IMG/VR virus record: IMGVR_UViG_3300028883_000003
Location: 1 to 64,000 of that record
Strand: one strand, 5' to 3'
Source of the DNA: a virus
Length of the DNA: 64,000 bases
Shown: positions 47,331 to 58,105 of the stretch, one piece after another
Position numbering within the stretch: position 1 is the first letter of the stretch
Layout of the letters: the number at the start of each line of letters is the position of its first letter
Made by a program: the position numbers and the translations under genes
Notes under the pieces: model-generated
Told to the model about the DNA's origin: nothing
Seen by the model: only the letters and a program-made list of their open reading frames with translations
Databases searched by the model: none

Positions 47331-48076
47331 TTACAAACCTTTCTAAAATGATCATAGCCAGCCTCTAGTTCTTCAACTACATTAAACAAGCCCTCATATT
47401 CGATACTAAATGATTTAGTATAGCAAAATAGATCAGTAACTAAACTATCAAATAATTTTCCTTTTCCAAAAGAACATAGTTCAATCCCTGAATACCCCTT
47501 TAAATGCACATGTTTAATGTATTCCCCTGTTTCTTTTAACATTTTGTGTGGGTCATTTCCATCTAAGATAATGTTGACAGGATCAAAAACAATACCTACA
47601 TTAGTTCTGTTAATTGACACCATCAAATCCCGTACACCAACAGGGTGTGTACCAATTCCTTTATGTGTTTCAAATAAAAAATTGGTACTTGGATAAGCAT
47701 CAGCAAACAACTGTATATTATAAACAATATTGAATATTTGTTTATCCGATAATTCATTATAACATAAAGGAGTAAAGAATAACCTAATATTACTTATCTT
47801 TAGTTTTGTTATAATATTTAACTGTTTGGATATTTCCATAATTTGATTTTTTGCAAAATCACACCATCCACCATCAGCAATACTAATATTAAGGGGTACT
47901 AACTCGTCAAACACTTTTGATACATCCATTTTGTCTTCAACAAAGTATTTAAGATGTAGTTCAGGCGTTCTGTTGGTGCGTTTGGAATAATCAAGCATTT
48001 CATCGAAAGTAAATGCCTTAGTTACAAAAAATGGTGTTATACTACTCATAATAATATTTAAAGCTCTCATGTGCAT
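47327..48076 (-). CDS. sugar-phosphate isomerase/epimerase (xylose isomerase-like TIM barrel)
   Basis: FETH, FDPVN, HVHLK, SIEYE. Confidence 0.82.
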   Translation of the reverse strand: MHMRALNIIMSSITPFFVTKAFTFDEMLDYSKRTNRTPELHLKYFVEDKMDVSKVFDELVPLNISIADGGWCDFAKNQIMEISKQLNIITKLKISNIRLFFTPLCYNELSDKQIFNIVYNIQLFADAYPSTNFLFETHKGIGTHPVGVRDLMVSINRTNVGIVFDPVNIILDGNDPHKMLKETGEYIKHVHLKGYSGIELCSFGKGKLFDSLVTDLFCYTKSFSIEYEGLFNVVEELEAGYDHFRKVCK

Positions 48077-48926
48077 GCATATGAACTGGGTGCTGTTCCT
48101 TTTTTAAATTCACAACTGATAATTCAAATGTCCAACGTTGTTGAATTTCAGAACTTAATCTATAGGCTAAGTTTTTCGGTTTTGTTCTGATTAAATCTCT
48201 AGCTTTTATAAACTCATCAGACCATTCTCTTGGAACCTGCTCAACTCTCATAGTAAAATACTTATCAGGTCGCACCCACTCATAATGAAAAGTTCTAAAA
48301 TCGTGGATTGGTAAAATCTTACAATACTCTGGTTCCCATAAAAACTTTTCCATAACTTGTTTGTAGAAACTACCATCACCATATCTAAACGCAACTTTTC
48401 TACCAAACCTAATAATCTTTTGGACTTTAGGGGACTCAAAGAAATTTAAATAAGAACTACCAAATCCTCTATTTGGAGGTAAGAGGTCAATTAGATTATT
48501 ACATTTAATGGCTTGTTCTTTAGTAAAAAACATATCTGCTTCAGATGGGATAATTATATCGTCCGGGCCAACTTCTACCAACCCGTTAATAAAAAAGGTA
48601 AATAATTCATAATAAGTTTTATCGGTGGTTTGTCCAGTTGGATAAGACATCTCTATTAAATGAAATTCTGTGTTAGGATATTCAACTTTACATTTCTCTA
48701 TCTCTTGTTTCAATTCTTCAAAATCAAAGGAACGAACACCATCAAGAGTGTATTTATTAACAAAAGCATTGTATGCTTTTTTGTCCATTTTGTTCTCAGG
48801 GCCTGCTGGAAATATGCCCTCTGCAATAATATATACATCAGGTTTAAAATAATCACATAAATTTCTTATATGCAGTTTTTCCATATGTACTTCATTGAAA
48901 CATGGTTCAATAACTATTCTTTTCAT
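48042..48926 (-). CDS. putative glycosyltransferase (GT-A-like)
   Basis: FNE..H.EK, EAD..F DxD-like motif, FHY.W; cluster context. Confidence 0.45.
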   Translation of the reverse strand: MKRIVIEPCFNEVHMEKLHIRNLCDYFKPDVYIIAEGIFPAGPENKMDKKAYNAFVNKYTLDGVRSFDFEELKQEIEKCKVEYPNTEFHLIEMSYPTGQTTDKTYYELFTFFINGLVEVGPDDIIIPSEADMFFTKEQAIKCNNLIDLLPPNRGFGSSYLNFFESPKVQKIIRFGRKVAFRYGDGSFYKQVMEKFLWEPEYCKILPIHDFRTFHYEWVRPDKYFTMRVEQVPREWSDEFIKARDLIRTKPKNLAYRLSSEIQQRWTFELSVVNLKKEQHPVHMHAHESFKYYYE

Positions 48927-50216
48927 TTAAAACCTTTCCTCAACTAATTCATAGGCAGATTGAACGGTTTCGGGCATTCCAATATATCTAAATTCAGCGT
49001 GACGACCACAATGAATTATCGTCGGCCAGTACTTTTTGCTCTTTTCAAGTATCTGCTGGTATCTTTGTAACCCCTTTTCTGATTGCTGGGCGTATGCTTT
49101 TTTAGCATATAAGTTATTTGTTTTGGCATAACTGGTGACGTTCTCTGGAAAAGTCTCATCATTTATTAAGGAAGTAATAGGAACCTCAATCAGCATTAGT
49201 CTACCACCGTTGTTATATTTAGTAATTTGAGACATGTCTGTAACTCTAGTTTGAAACTCTTTACCAGAAAAATGAAAAGATTCAGCATTATTTGGAAATA
49301 AAGAATTGGTATGGTCAGGCATTAGCATTGGAATCATTATACGACCAGTATAAGGAAGACTATCACCTACAGGATCAATAAAGTCATCAATATCTAAAGT
49401 AGAAATAACATAATAATAGTCTTTTATACTTATTGTGTGCTGATACCCTTTAGTGTCCATATAAAAGATTTTATTATAAGTTTGTGATAAACCCCGTACA
49501 GTACCTTTTATGACTGTAGCTGCCTCTGTCATTTTGCTCCAAACAACATTCCATCCATTTTTCGGATATATCTGAAAAGATAAATCTTGCCCCAGCGTAT
49601 GGTCTTCAAATTTAACTGGGTCGTATCCTATTTTGCCTTTTTCATTTTCTCCTCTATCATAATTACTCTTAATTCTATCTGCCCAAACCATAGATGTTTG
49701 CAATTCCGACGGGTGTATATTCCACATCTTCCATGAATAGTCCTTCATAAATTTATTAAACAATGGCTTTCCAACCACGGCATTAAAGTACTCTTCAAAT
49801 GTGCACTTACCAATAATTGGTAATTCTTTTTCTTTTAATTTAAGTGCAGCATCACGATTCTTTTTCAAAAATTGGAGACATAGTTCTTTATCCGGCATAT
49901 CTTTTATGTCGTCAAAGTGTATTGGATATCGGTAATACGCATTATCGGATTCAATATAACTATAAAGTCTTCTATCAATATGATAGAGATTGTTATTAGT
50001 TAATTCTCTAATTATATCATTAATTGGCGATGGGTCAGGCCAAAACCAAATATGTGGGCCAAACTCATAAGGATGGCCAGAATAATAACAAGTTCTAGCC
50101 AAACCACCCAAGCCCTGTTTTTCAATCAGGGTTACTTTATACCCCTTTTTTTGTAAAAAATAAGCCAAAGAACAACCAGCTACACCGCCACCAAGAACTA
50201 ATACTTTTTTGGTCAT
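48927..50216 (-). CDS. FAD-dependent pyranose-furanose mutase-like protein (Glf-like)
   Basis: GGGVAG..E...GG..GPHIW; Y.R.P; GRHAEFRY.GM. Confidence 0.75.
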   Translation of the reverse strand: MTKKVLVLGGGVAGCSLAYFLQKKGYKVTLIEKQGLGGLARTCYYSGHPYEFGPHIWFWPDPSPINDIIRELTNNNLYHIDRRLYSYIESDNAYYRYPIHFDDIKDMPDKELCLQFLKKNRDAALKLKEKELPIIGKCTFEEYFNAVVGKPLFNKFMKDYSWKMWNIHPSELQTSMVWADRIKSNYDRGENEKGKIGYDPVKFEDHTLGQDLSFQIYPKNGWNVVWSKMTEAATVIKGTVRGLSQTYNKIFYMDTKGYQHTISIKDYYYVISTLDIDDFIDPVGDSLPYTGRIMIPMLMPDHTNSLFPNNAESFHFSGKEFQTRVTDMSQITKYNNGGRLMLIEVPITSLINDETFPENVTSYAKTNNLYAKKAYAQQSEKGLQRYQQILEKSKKYWPTIIHCGRHAEFRYIGMPETVQSAYELVEERF

Positions 50217-50217
50217 T

Positions 50218-51306
50218 CTATATTCCTATTTCTTTTACTCTATCAATTATTTGTTTGGCGTTAACAGAAGATGGTGTCACATTCGTGTCCCCACGCATAA
50301 AAGCTTCAATGGTTTTATTTTCCGCTAATGATTGGCCAACTGGTTTTATAATTTCAGCATCTATCGTTTCCGCCATTTCTTCTATTTGGTTATGTTGAAA
50401 AATTGGAAAAAATGTAGTTTTATAATCATCTTTGTTAAATGCAAAATTATACCTCATAAATTTATCAAAATCTGGTAAATCATCTGTGGGCTGATTTTCA
50501 ATCACAATTGGAAATGATCCTAACAAAGCAGCCTCAATAGGCGGCATGGCCCCCATTGCAAAAACAAATAATTTTGATCTCATCATTTCATAATATCTGG
50601 ACCAACCCCATTTGGAACCCATAATTTCCAAGGTCACGTTAGGATTTGTAACTTTTTGTTTAATTACCTCAAGCATTGGGCCATCACCAATAATTGCCCA
50701 TGTTACTTTTGTTTGCACTTGATTCATTACTTGAATCAGCAAATCATATCGTTTAATTGAGGTAGCTCTGGATACAGTTAAAATTCTATTCTCAATATGT
50801 TTAGGACTATACATATTTTTTGCTTTATTAATTGAGGTTACATCAATAGAGGGGTAACGTAAAGGAATATCTTCAGTTATATTTAGAAGTTTTTTATGGT
50901 AATCAATTCTAGAATGGTTGCTCAATGTTTTTATTGCAGCATTTTTCCAAGCTTTACCAACCCTTTCGTAATAAGGAATGGTATAATTTAACTGTTGTTG
51001 AGAAATCTCAGGATCATTTTCAGTTAGGCCATAATTAAAAAAATCTATATTACGTTTTATACGCCAAGGGGGAATAGTTTCTAAATGTGAAACTAAAGGA
51101 ATGCACAATTTTTGTGCAGCAGCTTCACCTACAAATAAAGCTGTCTCGTATGGTGCCCAAACAAAATCAAATTTTTTGGCTGGAACATCGTCTAGCGTTT
51201 CAATAATTGTAACATTGTGACCTAACATTTCTAATTCTCTAGCTACGGCATCACTTGGGGTACTTACCCAATCATAACCTTGCATTCTTGCATACAGTAT
51301 ATTCAT
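50218..51306 (-). CDS. glycosyltransferase (GT-B, GT4-like)
   Basis: SRATSIKRYD..IIGDGP..PIEAALLG. Confidence 0.8.
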   Translation of the reverse strand: MNILYARMQGYDWVSTPSDAVARELEMLGHNVTIIETLDDVPAKKFDFVWAPYETALFVGEAAAQKLCIPLVSHLETIPPWRIKRNIDFFNYGLTENDPEISQQQLNYTIPYYERVGKAWKNAAIKTLSNHSRIDYHKKLLNITEDIPLRYPSIDVTSINKAKNMYSPKHIENRILTVSRATSIKRYDLLIQVMNQVQTKVTWAIIGDGPMLEVIKQKVTNPNVTLEIMGSKWGWSRYYEMMRSKLFVFAMGAMPPIEAALLGSFPIVIENQPTDDLPDFDKFMRYNFAFNKDDYKTTFFPIFQHNQIEEMAETIDAEIIKPVGQSLAENKTIEAFMRGDTNVTPSSVNAKQIIDRVKEIGI

Positions 51307-51716
51307 TAGTGTTCCCTTATTTCTATAGATGTGTTATCTTTAGGAAAATAAGCCATCCATTTTAAATTTTTATTTTTGTCAAAAGACTTTATGCTTCTAT
51401 ACAATGTGCTATCTTTTGGAGAAACTATCCATGCTAACTCAATATTTTCACCAATTAGTGTATCGCACTGATGAAATGTTGAATAAAAAATCCAAGTATC
51501 CACAGTATCCACCACAGGTTCTTGCCAATTTACAATTACCGTGTCCATAATTATTTCTTTACTAATTTTTATTGGTATGGCATTTGGAAAAAGCAAATTA
51601 GCCCCAACGACCAAAATAATAAGAATTGCTATAAATAAAGTAACACAATATTTGTCTTTCATAAATTCTCCTATTTAATATTATTTTCCGCTATCCACTT
51701 GAAACTATGTAAATGT

Positions 51717-52259
51717 TCATACCTTAACTCCTTGTACACCTAAATCAAAATAGTAAGCATTCTCTCTTGGCTCATTACCAACAATTTTAAATCCATTCAT
51801 CTCTAACAAAATAGTTAACCGTTCTTTGTCATACGCAGCACGATGTAAATTAACCAACTCAGCCAAATCATCATCAGATTTTTCTATACCCGGCTGATTT
51901 TCATAAGATTGAGCACCAAAGATTAAAGCACTAAACCTCTCAATGGTTATTTGTCCCATTGTGTATGCCTTTGCAATCTTTTCAGCATCAGGACAATAAA
52001 CACGCAATAATCCAGATGGAATTAAAATACGACGCCACTCTCCTATTGCAGCATCAACTTTGTCAGGATGAATGTGCTCAATGATATGAGAAGCCCTTAT
52101 TTCTTCAACTGATTCATCTTCAACGGGAACATGTGTGGAGACATCACACACTAGTTCAACACCTTCAATCTTTCGGATATCAGCATGTGTAAACCCAACT
52201 AATGGAGATGAACCTTCTCCACCTTCAAATTGTTCATTACCACCTAAATTTAATTTCAA
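51717..52259 (-). CDS. class I SAM-dependent methyltransferase
   Basis: KLNLG..D..ASHIIEH..W.RIL.P.G.L. Confidence 0.8.
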   Translation of the reverse strand: MKLNLGGNEQFEGGEGSSPLVGFTHADIRKIEGVELVCDVSTHVPVEDESVEEIRASHIIEHIHPDKVDAAIGEWRRILIPSGLLRVYCPDAEKIAKAYTMGQITIERFSALIFGAQSYENQPGIEKSDDDLAELVNLHRAAYDKERLTILLEMNGFKIVGNEPRENAYYFDLGVQGVKV

Positions 52260-53250
52260 AACAACCCTTTCTTTACTTCTACAACATAGCGTGGGTTAAC
52301 ATCCCGGCCAGCAAATTGGAATAAATCAGATTCATCAACACAATTAGTAACACAAGCATAATCTTCGTCACGTTCTTCTTGTGTAGCGTATTTTTCTGTT
52401 AAAACTGTATTATCATACAACCTTATTGATACAAACCAATTCATTTTTATCTTTATATCTCCTTTTTCGCAACATATATTCAGCTTTAATAGAAGCTGTA
52501 ATAATACCTGTGGCTTTATCTGAATCAACTCCAGCTTTACGAAGTATCTTACGAAATCGTTTAGATGTCATAAAACGATAAGTCAATTTTTTTCCTTTTC
52601 CCTATGGTAAATCATCATTGCATAATTTGCAACATCAACCATTCGTCCTTCATCCATTGCAATTTGCATATCAGCTTTAAATTGTTTTACTTCATTTTCA
52701 GATTGCTTTAAGGGATCAATTGAGCCGGGTCGATGCCAACCACCTTTACCTTTTTGTCTGCATTCAGTTAATCGTTGATTCATAGCGAATGAGAAGGAAA
52801 GAATGCCTAAAACATCGGCTTGTTCATCTGTTAATTTTGGTGTAATTTCCGCACACTCTAAATATTTTTGTTCACTCATTTTTTACCTCTTTACTATCCA
52901 TTATTTATTCTCCTTACTGCATATCTGCTAGTTACAACAGTAAACCCATCCACAAACTCTACAAGTATTGAATTCATACGACCACGAACAATAACACGAC
53001 ACGGCTGACCTTTACGCTCAGGTAATTTGCTACGCCAGAACCATATATGATCAAACTTCGCGTCAGTCATTTCTTTTTTCTTTTTAAATTGTTTGAGCAT
53101 TTTGTTGAGGTCAACAAAATGGTTAGTTCTTCCTCACTTATTTTTTTCAATCGTCCATTTTTGTCGGTAGGATGTGGAATAACATCTGGCCATTCTTTAA
53201 CAATACCCGGAGCTAAACCTCTTTCTTGTGCTATATAAAAATCCATTTAG

Positions 53251-54096
53251 TTACTCCTTTGTAACAACAGCTAACAAATCCAAACAATTGTCATTATTTA
53301 TTAACCCAACATTAAACATATAAGTTCCATATTTTTTTTCATTGAACCCAACTAATGTCCAGAAAATTCTTCTGAGGTCCTTTCGTAACTTAGGCCCCCT
53401 TACCCTATTATACTCTATCTTTGTCACTTTAGTGGTTCCAGTTAGCCCATACATTTTAATTGTTTTAAACTGCAAAGATAATAATTTATTTAAACTCTTG
53501 TAATTATATTCGCGTATATGATCTTTATTCCATGGTTTTTGGTTGTCTTTTAATCTGTAGGTTCTATTTATAGTTGCAACAAATGCAACACCACCAACTT
53601 TTAAAATGCGATTCAAGTGAGTGACAAAAGATTTATCGTCAGGCATATGTTCCACCGTTTGAAAACACAAAACAAAGTCATAAGTGTTGCTAGGCTCGTC
53701 TTCAATTAGCCCATGCTCAAAAGTAATTAAAGGAGAAGTATATTTAAGTCTGGCCAAATCAATAATTGTTGCTGCTTCTCTACGAACCCCTATCTCTGCA
53801 TCAGTAGCTCTGATTGGTTTTCGTAACTTGTCAACTAAAATTTGTGTTCCATACCCAATACCACATCCTATTTCAAGAATACTAGGAGTATGTGAGTTAG
53901 TTGGCAGTTTAGCTGATATGTAATCAGCAACAAATTCATACATTTTTTGAAAGCGTAAATACAATAAATAATCTTCCTTAGTAACAATGTTACCGGGAAT
54001 ACTTCTTTTACTTATCCATATTTGTCCTTTAATTGCACGATATAATAGCAGACCTAAAAAACAAACAAAGATAACAAAACAAAATAAATTAATCAT
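53251..54096 (-). CDS. class I SAM-dependent methyltransferase with N-terminal membrane anchor
   Basis: ILEIGCGIGYG, YDFVLCFQTVEH, RILKVGG. Confidence 0.85.
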   Translation of the reverse strand: MINLFCFVIFVCFLGLLLYRAIKGQIWISKRSIPGNIVTKEDYLLYLRFQKMYEFVADYISAKLPTNSHTPSILEIGCGIGYGTQILVDKLRKPIRATDAEIGVRREAATIIDLARLKYTSPLITFEHGLIEDEPSNTYDFVLCFQTVEHMPDDKSFVTHLNRILKVGGVAFVATINRTYRLKDNQKPWNKDHIREYNYKSLNKLLSLQFKTIKMYGLTGTTKVTKIEYNRVRGPKLRKDLRRIFWTLVGFNEKKYGTYMFNVGLINNDNCLDLLAVVTKE

Positions 54097-56215
54097 CTAA
54101 AATCCTTTTTAATGCATGAGACAACGTATATTTTTCTAAATACAGTTTTAAACCTTGTTCTGATATATATTTTCTCTTTTTATCATTTTTCAACAATTCA
54201 TTAATCTGTTCTAAACATTGTTGTTCAGTAGCAAAAAACACCATATGTTTTCCATCAGTAAACATATCTTCTAAATTGGGAACATATTGGTTTAGCCCTA
54301 CTCCGCCAACAGCCATGGCTTGCAAATAACGATCAGAAAAGTACAATGGAACATCATTAACAATGTTGGTATTCAAAATAATTTTTGCCCTATTTAAAAC
54401 TTTAACATGGTCAGCATTAAATACACCATCTTTTGCATATGGTTTAAGTTTGTCAGGCCAAGCACCATTACCAAATATTTTTATTTTTACCCCATTATCA
54501 ACCAAATACTCAAGTAATTTTAGTCTTGGTTCACTGTGTGGTGTGCCAACAAAAACTACGTCAATATCCTTTTCAATTTCAGGAATTGGTTTATATGTGT
54601 TTGGATCAGGAGCAATAATACCAAATTCACAAGGTCGTTGGGTTTGTGCAAAAACTCTAGATAAAAGCTCTGGTGCCCCGGTATGCCAAAATGATTTATG
54701 ACAAACCCTGCTTAATTCAGCAAACCACTGTTCTACTTGTCTTCGGTTATCAACATACCAACAAGCCAATTTAATCTTAGGCATAAGTTGGTTAATACTA
54801 TTTAAAACTTGAGGATGAATATTTTGTCCACCACATATCAAAACCATCTCCGGTTCATTGTGTAGGGTGTCATTAACCAATTTATAAGTAGCTTCAATTG
54901 GGTTGTTGTTGCACTTCTTCAAAGTAACACGATAGTCATGAGTTAAGACTTTGTATCCAAAATCCTTTTCTAATGTTCTTTTTATAAAGTGTTCATTTCT
55001 AAATGCTCCTAATGGGCCACTACTATCAAAAGAACCCACTAAAAGAATTCTTTTCTTTTTAGGGTTTTTGTCAGCAAAGAAAATTTCGTTGTAAACTTCC
55101 TGTGCTGTATGATAGGCCATACATTCGCAGTTATTAAATTTTTCTGTATATTGGCAAGGAGAACATGGCATTCTTTTGTTTAAAATGGTGACATCTTTAC
55201 CTAATGGTAAATTCTTTGCAACCATCGTCGGAGCAAAAATAGCATAAGTTTTAGCTCCTACTGAAGACGCGATATGCGTGGGGCCAGTATCATTGCCAAT
55301 ATACATTTTGCAATTTTGTAAAACAGTAGCTAATTGAGGAATAGAAAGTTTACCCATTAAACCAAGCTCAACATTAGGTGGCCATTCCTTTTCTTTAGCT
55401 TCTTTATAATCTTCTTCATCTCCAATCATCACTATTTTGTAATGGGAGAATTTCTTGTTAATCAACTCTGCCAACTCAACGTAGTGTGGCCAACGCTTAA
55501 CATCCCACGTTCCATTACCAAGACGCAAAGCAGTATCACCAAACACAATGTAAGGAGCATATTTAGCTTTATCAACATTGCCCATCTCTTGAATTGGTCT
55601 TTTGTACAAGTCAAGTTTCTCCATTAGAAGCTGGAGCTTATCTAATTCTTCATCCTTAGCTGTTTCACAATGAGTAGGTGGTAAATCTCCACTGCAATCA
55701 AGAAAATCATTAATACCCATATGCTGTAAAGACTCATGAAACATTTTAAACTCAGCTGTAATAATAGCTTTTGAATATTGAGTTAACAATTGACCATATT
55801 GGTTTAAAGTGTTAGCACTCCAAATAGTGGCATAGACTAAATCATAATGTTTGTAATCAAAATCAGTTATTACATTGTCAACGCATTCCCAACCACGGAT
55901 TACGCTCGCCGCCGGTTCTTTACACCAAACTGTGATCTTAAGCAACGGATGTTCATGTTTCAAACTACGGATGGCAGGAGTAAGCATAACCATGTTACCA
56001 ATGCCTTCTTCCATAATTATTAACAGCGAACTAACTTTAGTATTTTGGTACAAAGAATATAAATTCTGACTAAGCATGTTAGCCAAATTAATACCTTGAG
56101 ATTCTAATTCATGTCTTTTCTCAGGAGAAATCGACAGATATTGTTTTAACAAATCTCCGGTCAGCTTGTCAACTTGTTCTTTTACTGCAAAAGATAATTT
56201 TATTTGTTTTCCCAT
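54089..56215 (-). CDS. GT9 (heptosyltransferase-like) fused to a CgeB-like glycosyltransferase
   Basis: GIGNMVMLTPAIRSLK, GNDTGPTHIA..G; C-terminal VVFVG, S.RYLQAMAVGG. Confidence 0.85.
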   Translation of the reverse strand: MGKQIKLSFAVKEQVDKLTGDLLKQYLSISPEKRHELESQGINLANMLSQNLYSLYQNTKVSSLLIIMEEGIGNMVMLTPAIRSLKHEHPLLKITVWCKEPAASVIRGWECVDNVITDFDYKHYDLVYATIWSANTLNQYGQLLTQYSKAIITAEFKMFHESLQHMGINDFLDCSGDLPPTHCETAKDEELDKLQLLMEKLDLYKRPIQEMGNVDKAKYAPYIVFGDTALRLGNGTWDVKRWPHYVELAELINKKFSHYKIVMIGDEEDYKEAKEKEWPPNVELGLMGKLSIPQLATVLQNCKMYIGNDTGPTHIASSVGAKTYAIFAPTMVAKNLPLGKDVTILNKRMPCSPCQYTEKFNNCECMAYHTAQEVYNEIFFADKNPKKKRILLVGSFDSSGPLGAFRNEHFIKRTLEKDFGYKVLTHDYRVTLKKCNNNPIEATYKLVNDTLHNEPEMVLICGGQNIHPQVLNSINQLMPKIKLACWYVDNRRQVEQWFAELSRVCHKSFWHTGAPELLSRVFAQTQRPCEFGIIAPDPNTYKPIPEIEKDIDVVFVGTPHSEPRLKLLEYLVDNGVKIKIFGNGAWPDKLKPYAKDGVFNADHVKVLNRAKIILNTNIVNDVPLYFSDRYLQAMAVGGVGLNQYVPNLEDMFTDGKHMVFFATEQQCLEQINELLKNDKKRKYISEQGLKLYLEKYTLSHALKRILDD

Positions 56216-56505
56216 TATTTACCTAGATTTTTTAAAAGTTCGCGATTCAAATGCCACTCTAATGCTTCATTCCATCTAAAGTCTGTCTTTTTTAATAACG
56301 GACTTAGTATGTCTATATTAGAAATCTTATTCATTGAAACCAAATGATGGTGTCGTTGGCACAAACAAATTAGGTTCCATGGTTCATCCGGCCCTCCCTG
56401 TCCTTTTGGCACAATGTGGTGTACTTCAACGTTCAATCTGGAACCACAACCAAACACTCTACACTGATGTTTATCTAATTTTCTTACCTCTGTGTAAACG
56501 CTCAT
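56215..56505 (-). CDS. HNH endonuclease
   Basis: C..FGC..VEVHHI..NL..LC..HH. Confidence 0.85.
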   Translation of the reverse strand: MSVYTEVRKLDKHQCRVFGCGSRLNVEVHHIVPKGQGGPDEPWNLICLCQRHHHLVSMNKISNIDILSPLLKKTDFRWNEALEWHLNRELLKNLGK

Positions 56506-57278
56506 ACTTTGATATTAAAAGATTTTAAGTCATCATCTGTAAAAAAGTTAACACTCTTTAGTTTCCTAATTAAATTTGAGCCGGAAAGCAATAACAATTC
56601 TTTCCAATCTGACTTATGTTCATTCACCACTGTAAAAAACCAATCGTCCGTTACATCTAAATCAACTTCGGAAACATGGCCTTCTCCTGCCTCAATGGTT
56701 GGCTTGTCAATACGAACAATTTTTACAGCTTTGCCATTGTTGCTTTCAATAAACTCTTTTTCATTTTTGAATCTTACGTCTGTTATAATATAAATAGAGT
56801 CATCCGTAATTTGTTTAGCAGCATAATTAATCCAAATGTTTTGATCTATTCCACCTGATACTTCAACAAATTCTTGAGTCTTTTCAGAGAACATATTGAA
56901 GATACCATTAAAAACTTGTTTGTTATATTTTAGTTTTCGTTTTAGATTAACTTCCTCAATACCAAACTCAGACACTGCTATCTTTTCAACCCAAACAGGA
57001 AACCCGGAATCTCCAATTAATTTTCTCTCATCATCTGTCAGGTTTGCAACAGTTGTTATACAATTACGAACGCTACTACCAATACCTTGAAGAATCATTC
57101 TCGATGTTTTTGTTTTCGTTTCATAGCATTCCTCATGGCCTAATTCAAAATACTTCATTCCAAAATGCTTTACTTTATCTGCGAATGATAAATGTTTGAA
57201 CCCATAAGTTTCTTTTAAAACTTTAAAGAATTCATCTTTACCGGATCGTGCTTTACCATGGAGTCCAATTAATCTCAT
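56502..57278 (-). CDS. deoxynucleoside monophosphate kinase
   Basis: GKARSGKD, SFAD.VK, R.ILQ..G, ITDVRF.NE, H.SE. Confidence 0.85.
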   Translation of the reverse strand: MRLIGLHGKARSGKDEFFKVLKETYGFKHLSFADKVKHFGMKYFELGHEECYETKTKTSRMILQGIGSSVRNCITTVANLTDDERKLIGDSGFPVWVEKIAVSEFGIEEVNLKRKLKYNKQVFNGIFNMFSEKTQEFVEVSGGIDQNIWINYAAKQITDDSIYIITDVRFKNEKEFIESNNGKAVKIVRIDKPTIEAGEGHVSEVDLDVTDDWFFTVVNEHKSDWKELLLLSGSNLIRKLKSVNFFTDDDLKSFNIKV

Positions 57279-57634
57279 TACCTATTATCTCCTTCACTTT
57301 TAATAACTCCACGTTTTTGTCGATCTTGCAATTTGGCAATGTTACTAACAGCGATGTTGTCTAATGATATTTTAAATTCTTTTGCAACAGCTTGGATATA
57401 CCAAAGAACATCACCAAGTTCCTTTTTAATCTCTTCTATGTCCTGTAACGTATAGTTGCCCTTTTTGTTCCTGATTATTTTTTTTATTTTTTCAGCAACT
57501 TCTCCAGCTTCACCAACCAACCCAAGAACTGGGTATAAATAATTGGCTTCGGTGTCTTTGTCGCCAGCATCAACTAAGATAATCGGATATTCAACTGTTT
57601 CTTGTGCTTTCTTTTCATACTCATCAAATGTCAT
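57278..57634 (-). CDS. mazG: MazG-like NTP pyrophosphohydrolase
   Basis: GLVGEAGEVAEKIKK..EELGDVLWY..N..KL..R. Confidence 0.9.
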   Translation of the reverse strand: MTFDEYEKKAQETVEYPIILVDAGDKDTEANYLYPVLGLVGEAGEVAEKIKKIIRNKKGNYTLQDIEEIKKELGDVLWYIQAVAKEFKISLDNIAVSNIAKLQDRQKRGVIKSEGDNR

Positions 57635-58105
57635 GTTTACCTCAACTTTGGTTTAACTTGTTTAGTTTCAAAGAGATAGCATTAGCTAATTCTTTATTTG
57701 TTTTCACAATTCCCTTCAAAATCCTAGGGGGCTGAACTGCGTAGTGTTTAATCCTATGAGCCAGTTTATTTGCTTTGTGCTTTAGTCTTCTTCCCTCGGC
57801 TCGATACGATGTGTATCTTGTTTTTCTTTGTTTGCTTGTCGCTCTCTTCTTTGCCATTTTTTTCCTCTAAGCTAAAGTCAATTAATTCAGTTGCACCAGA
57901 ACGCATTAAGTAATCAATCAAGGTTTTTGGATCAACCGTTGCCTTGTGGTAGTAAAGCTGATCATATTTTTTAGTTGGGACTGGAATATCCTCAATTTTT
58001 GTCCCATATTTAACTACCCGAATCTTAAAAAGGTCTGGATATTTTGACAAGGTAATATATCGTTTTCGCATTTTTGCCAAAACTTCCCGACTTGAAAGAT
58101 CTGTG

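Noticed and set aside
56502-57278. Intein or intron in the dNMP kinase (about 60 extra residues)
   Set aside because: No intein C/S...HN termini or endonuclease motifs; it looks like an ordinary loop insertion.
44516-57634. Firm call of DNA hypermodification by the sugar cluster
   Set aside because: No dCMP/dUMP hydroxymethylase or other base-activating enzyme is visible here, so it is kept only as one alternative.
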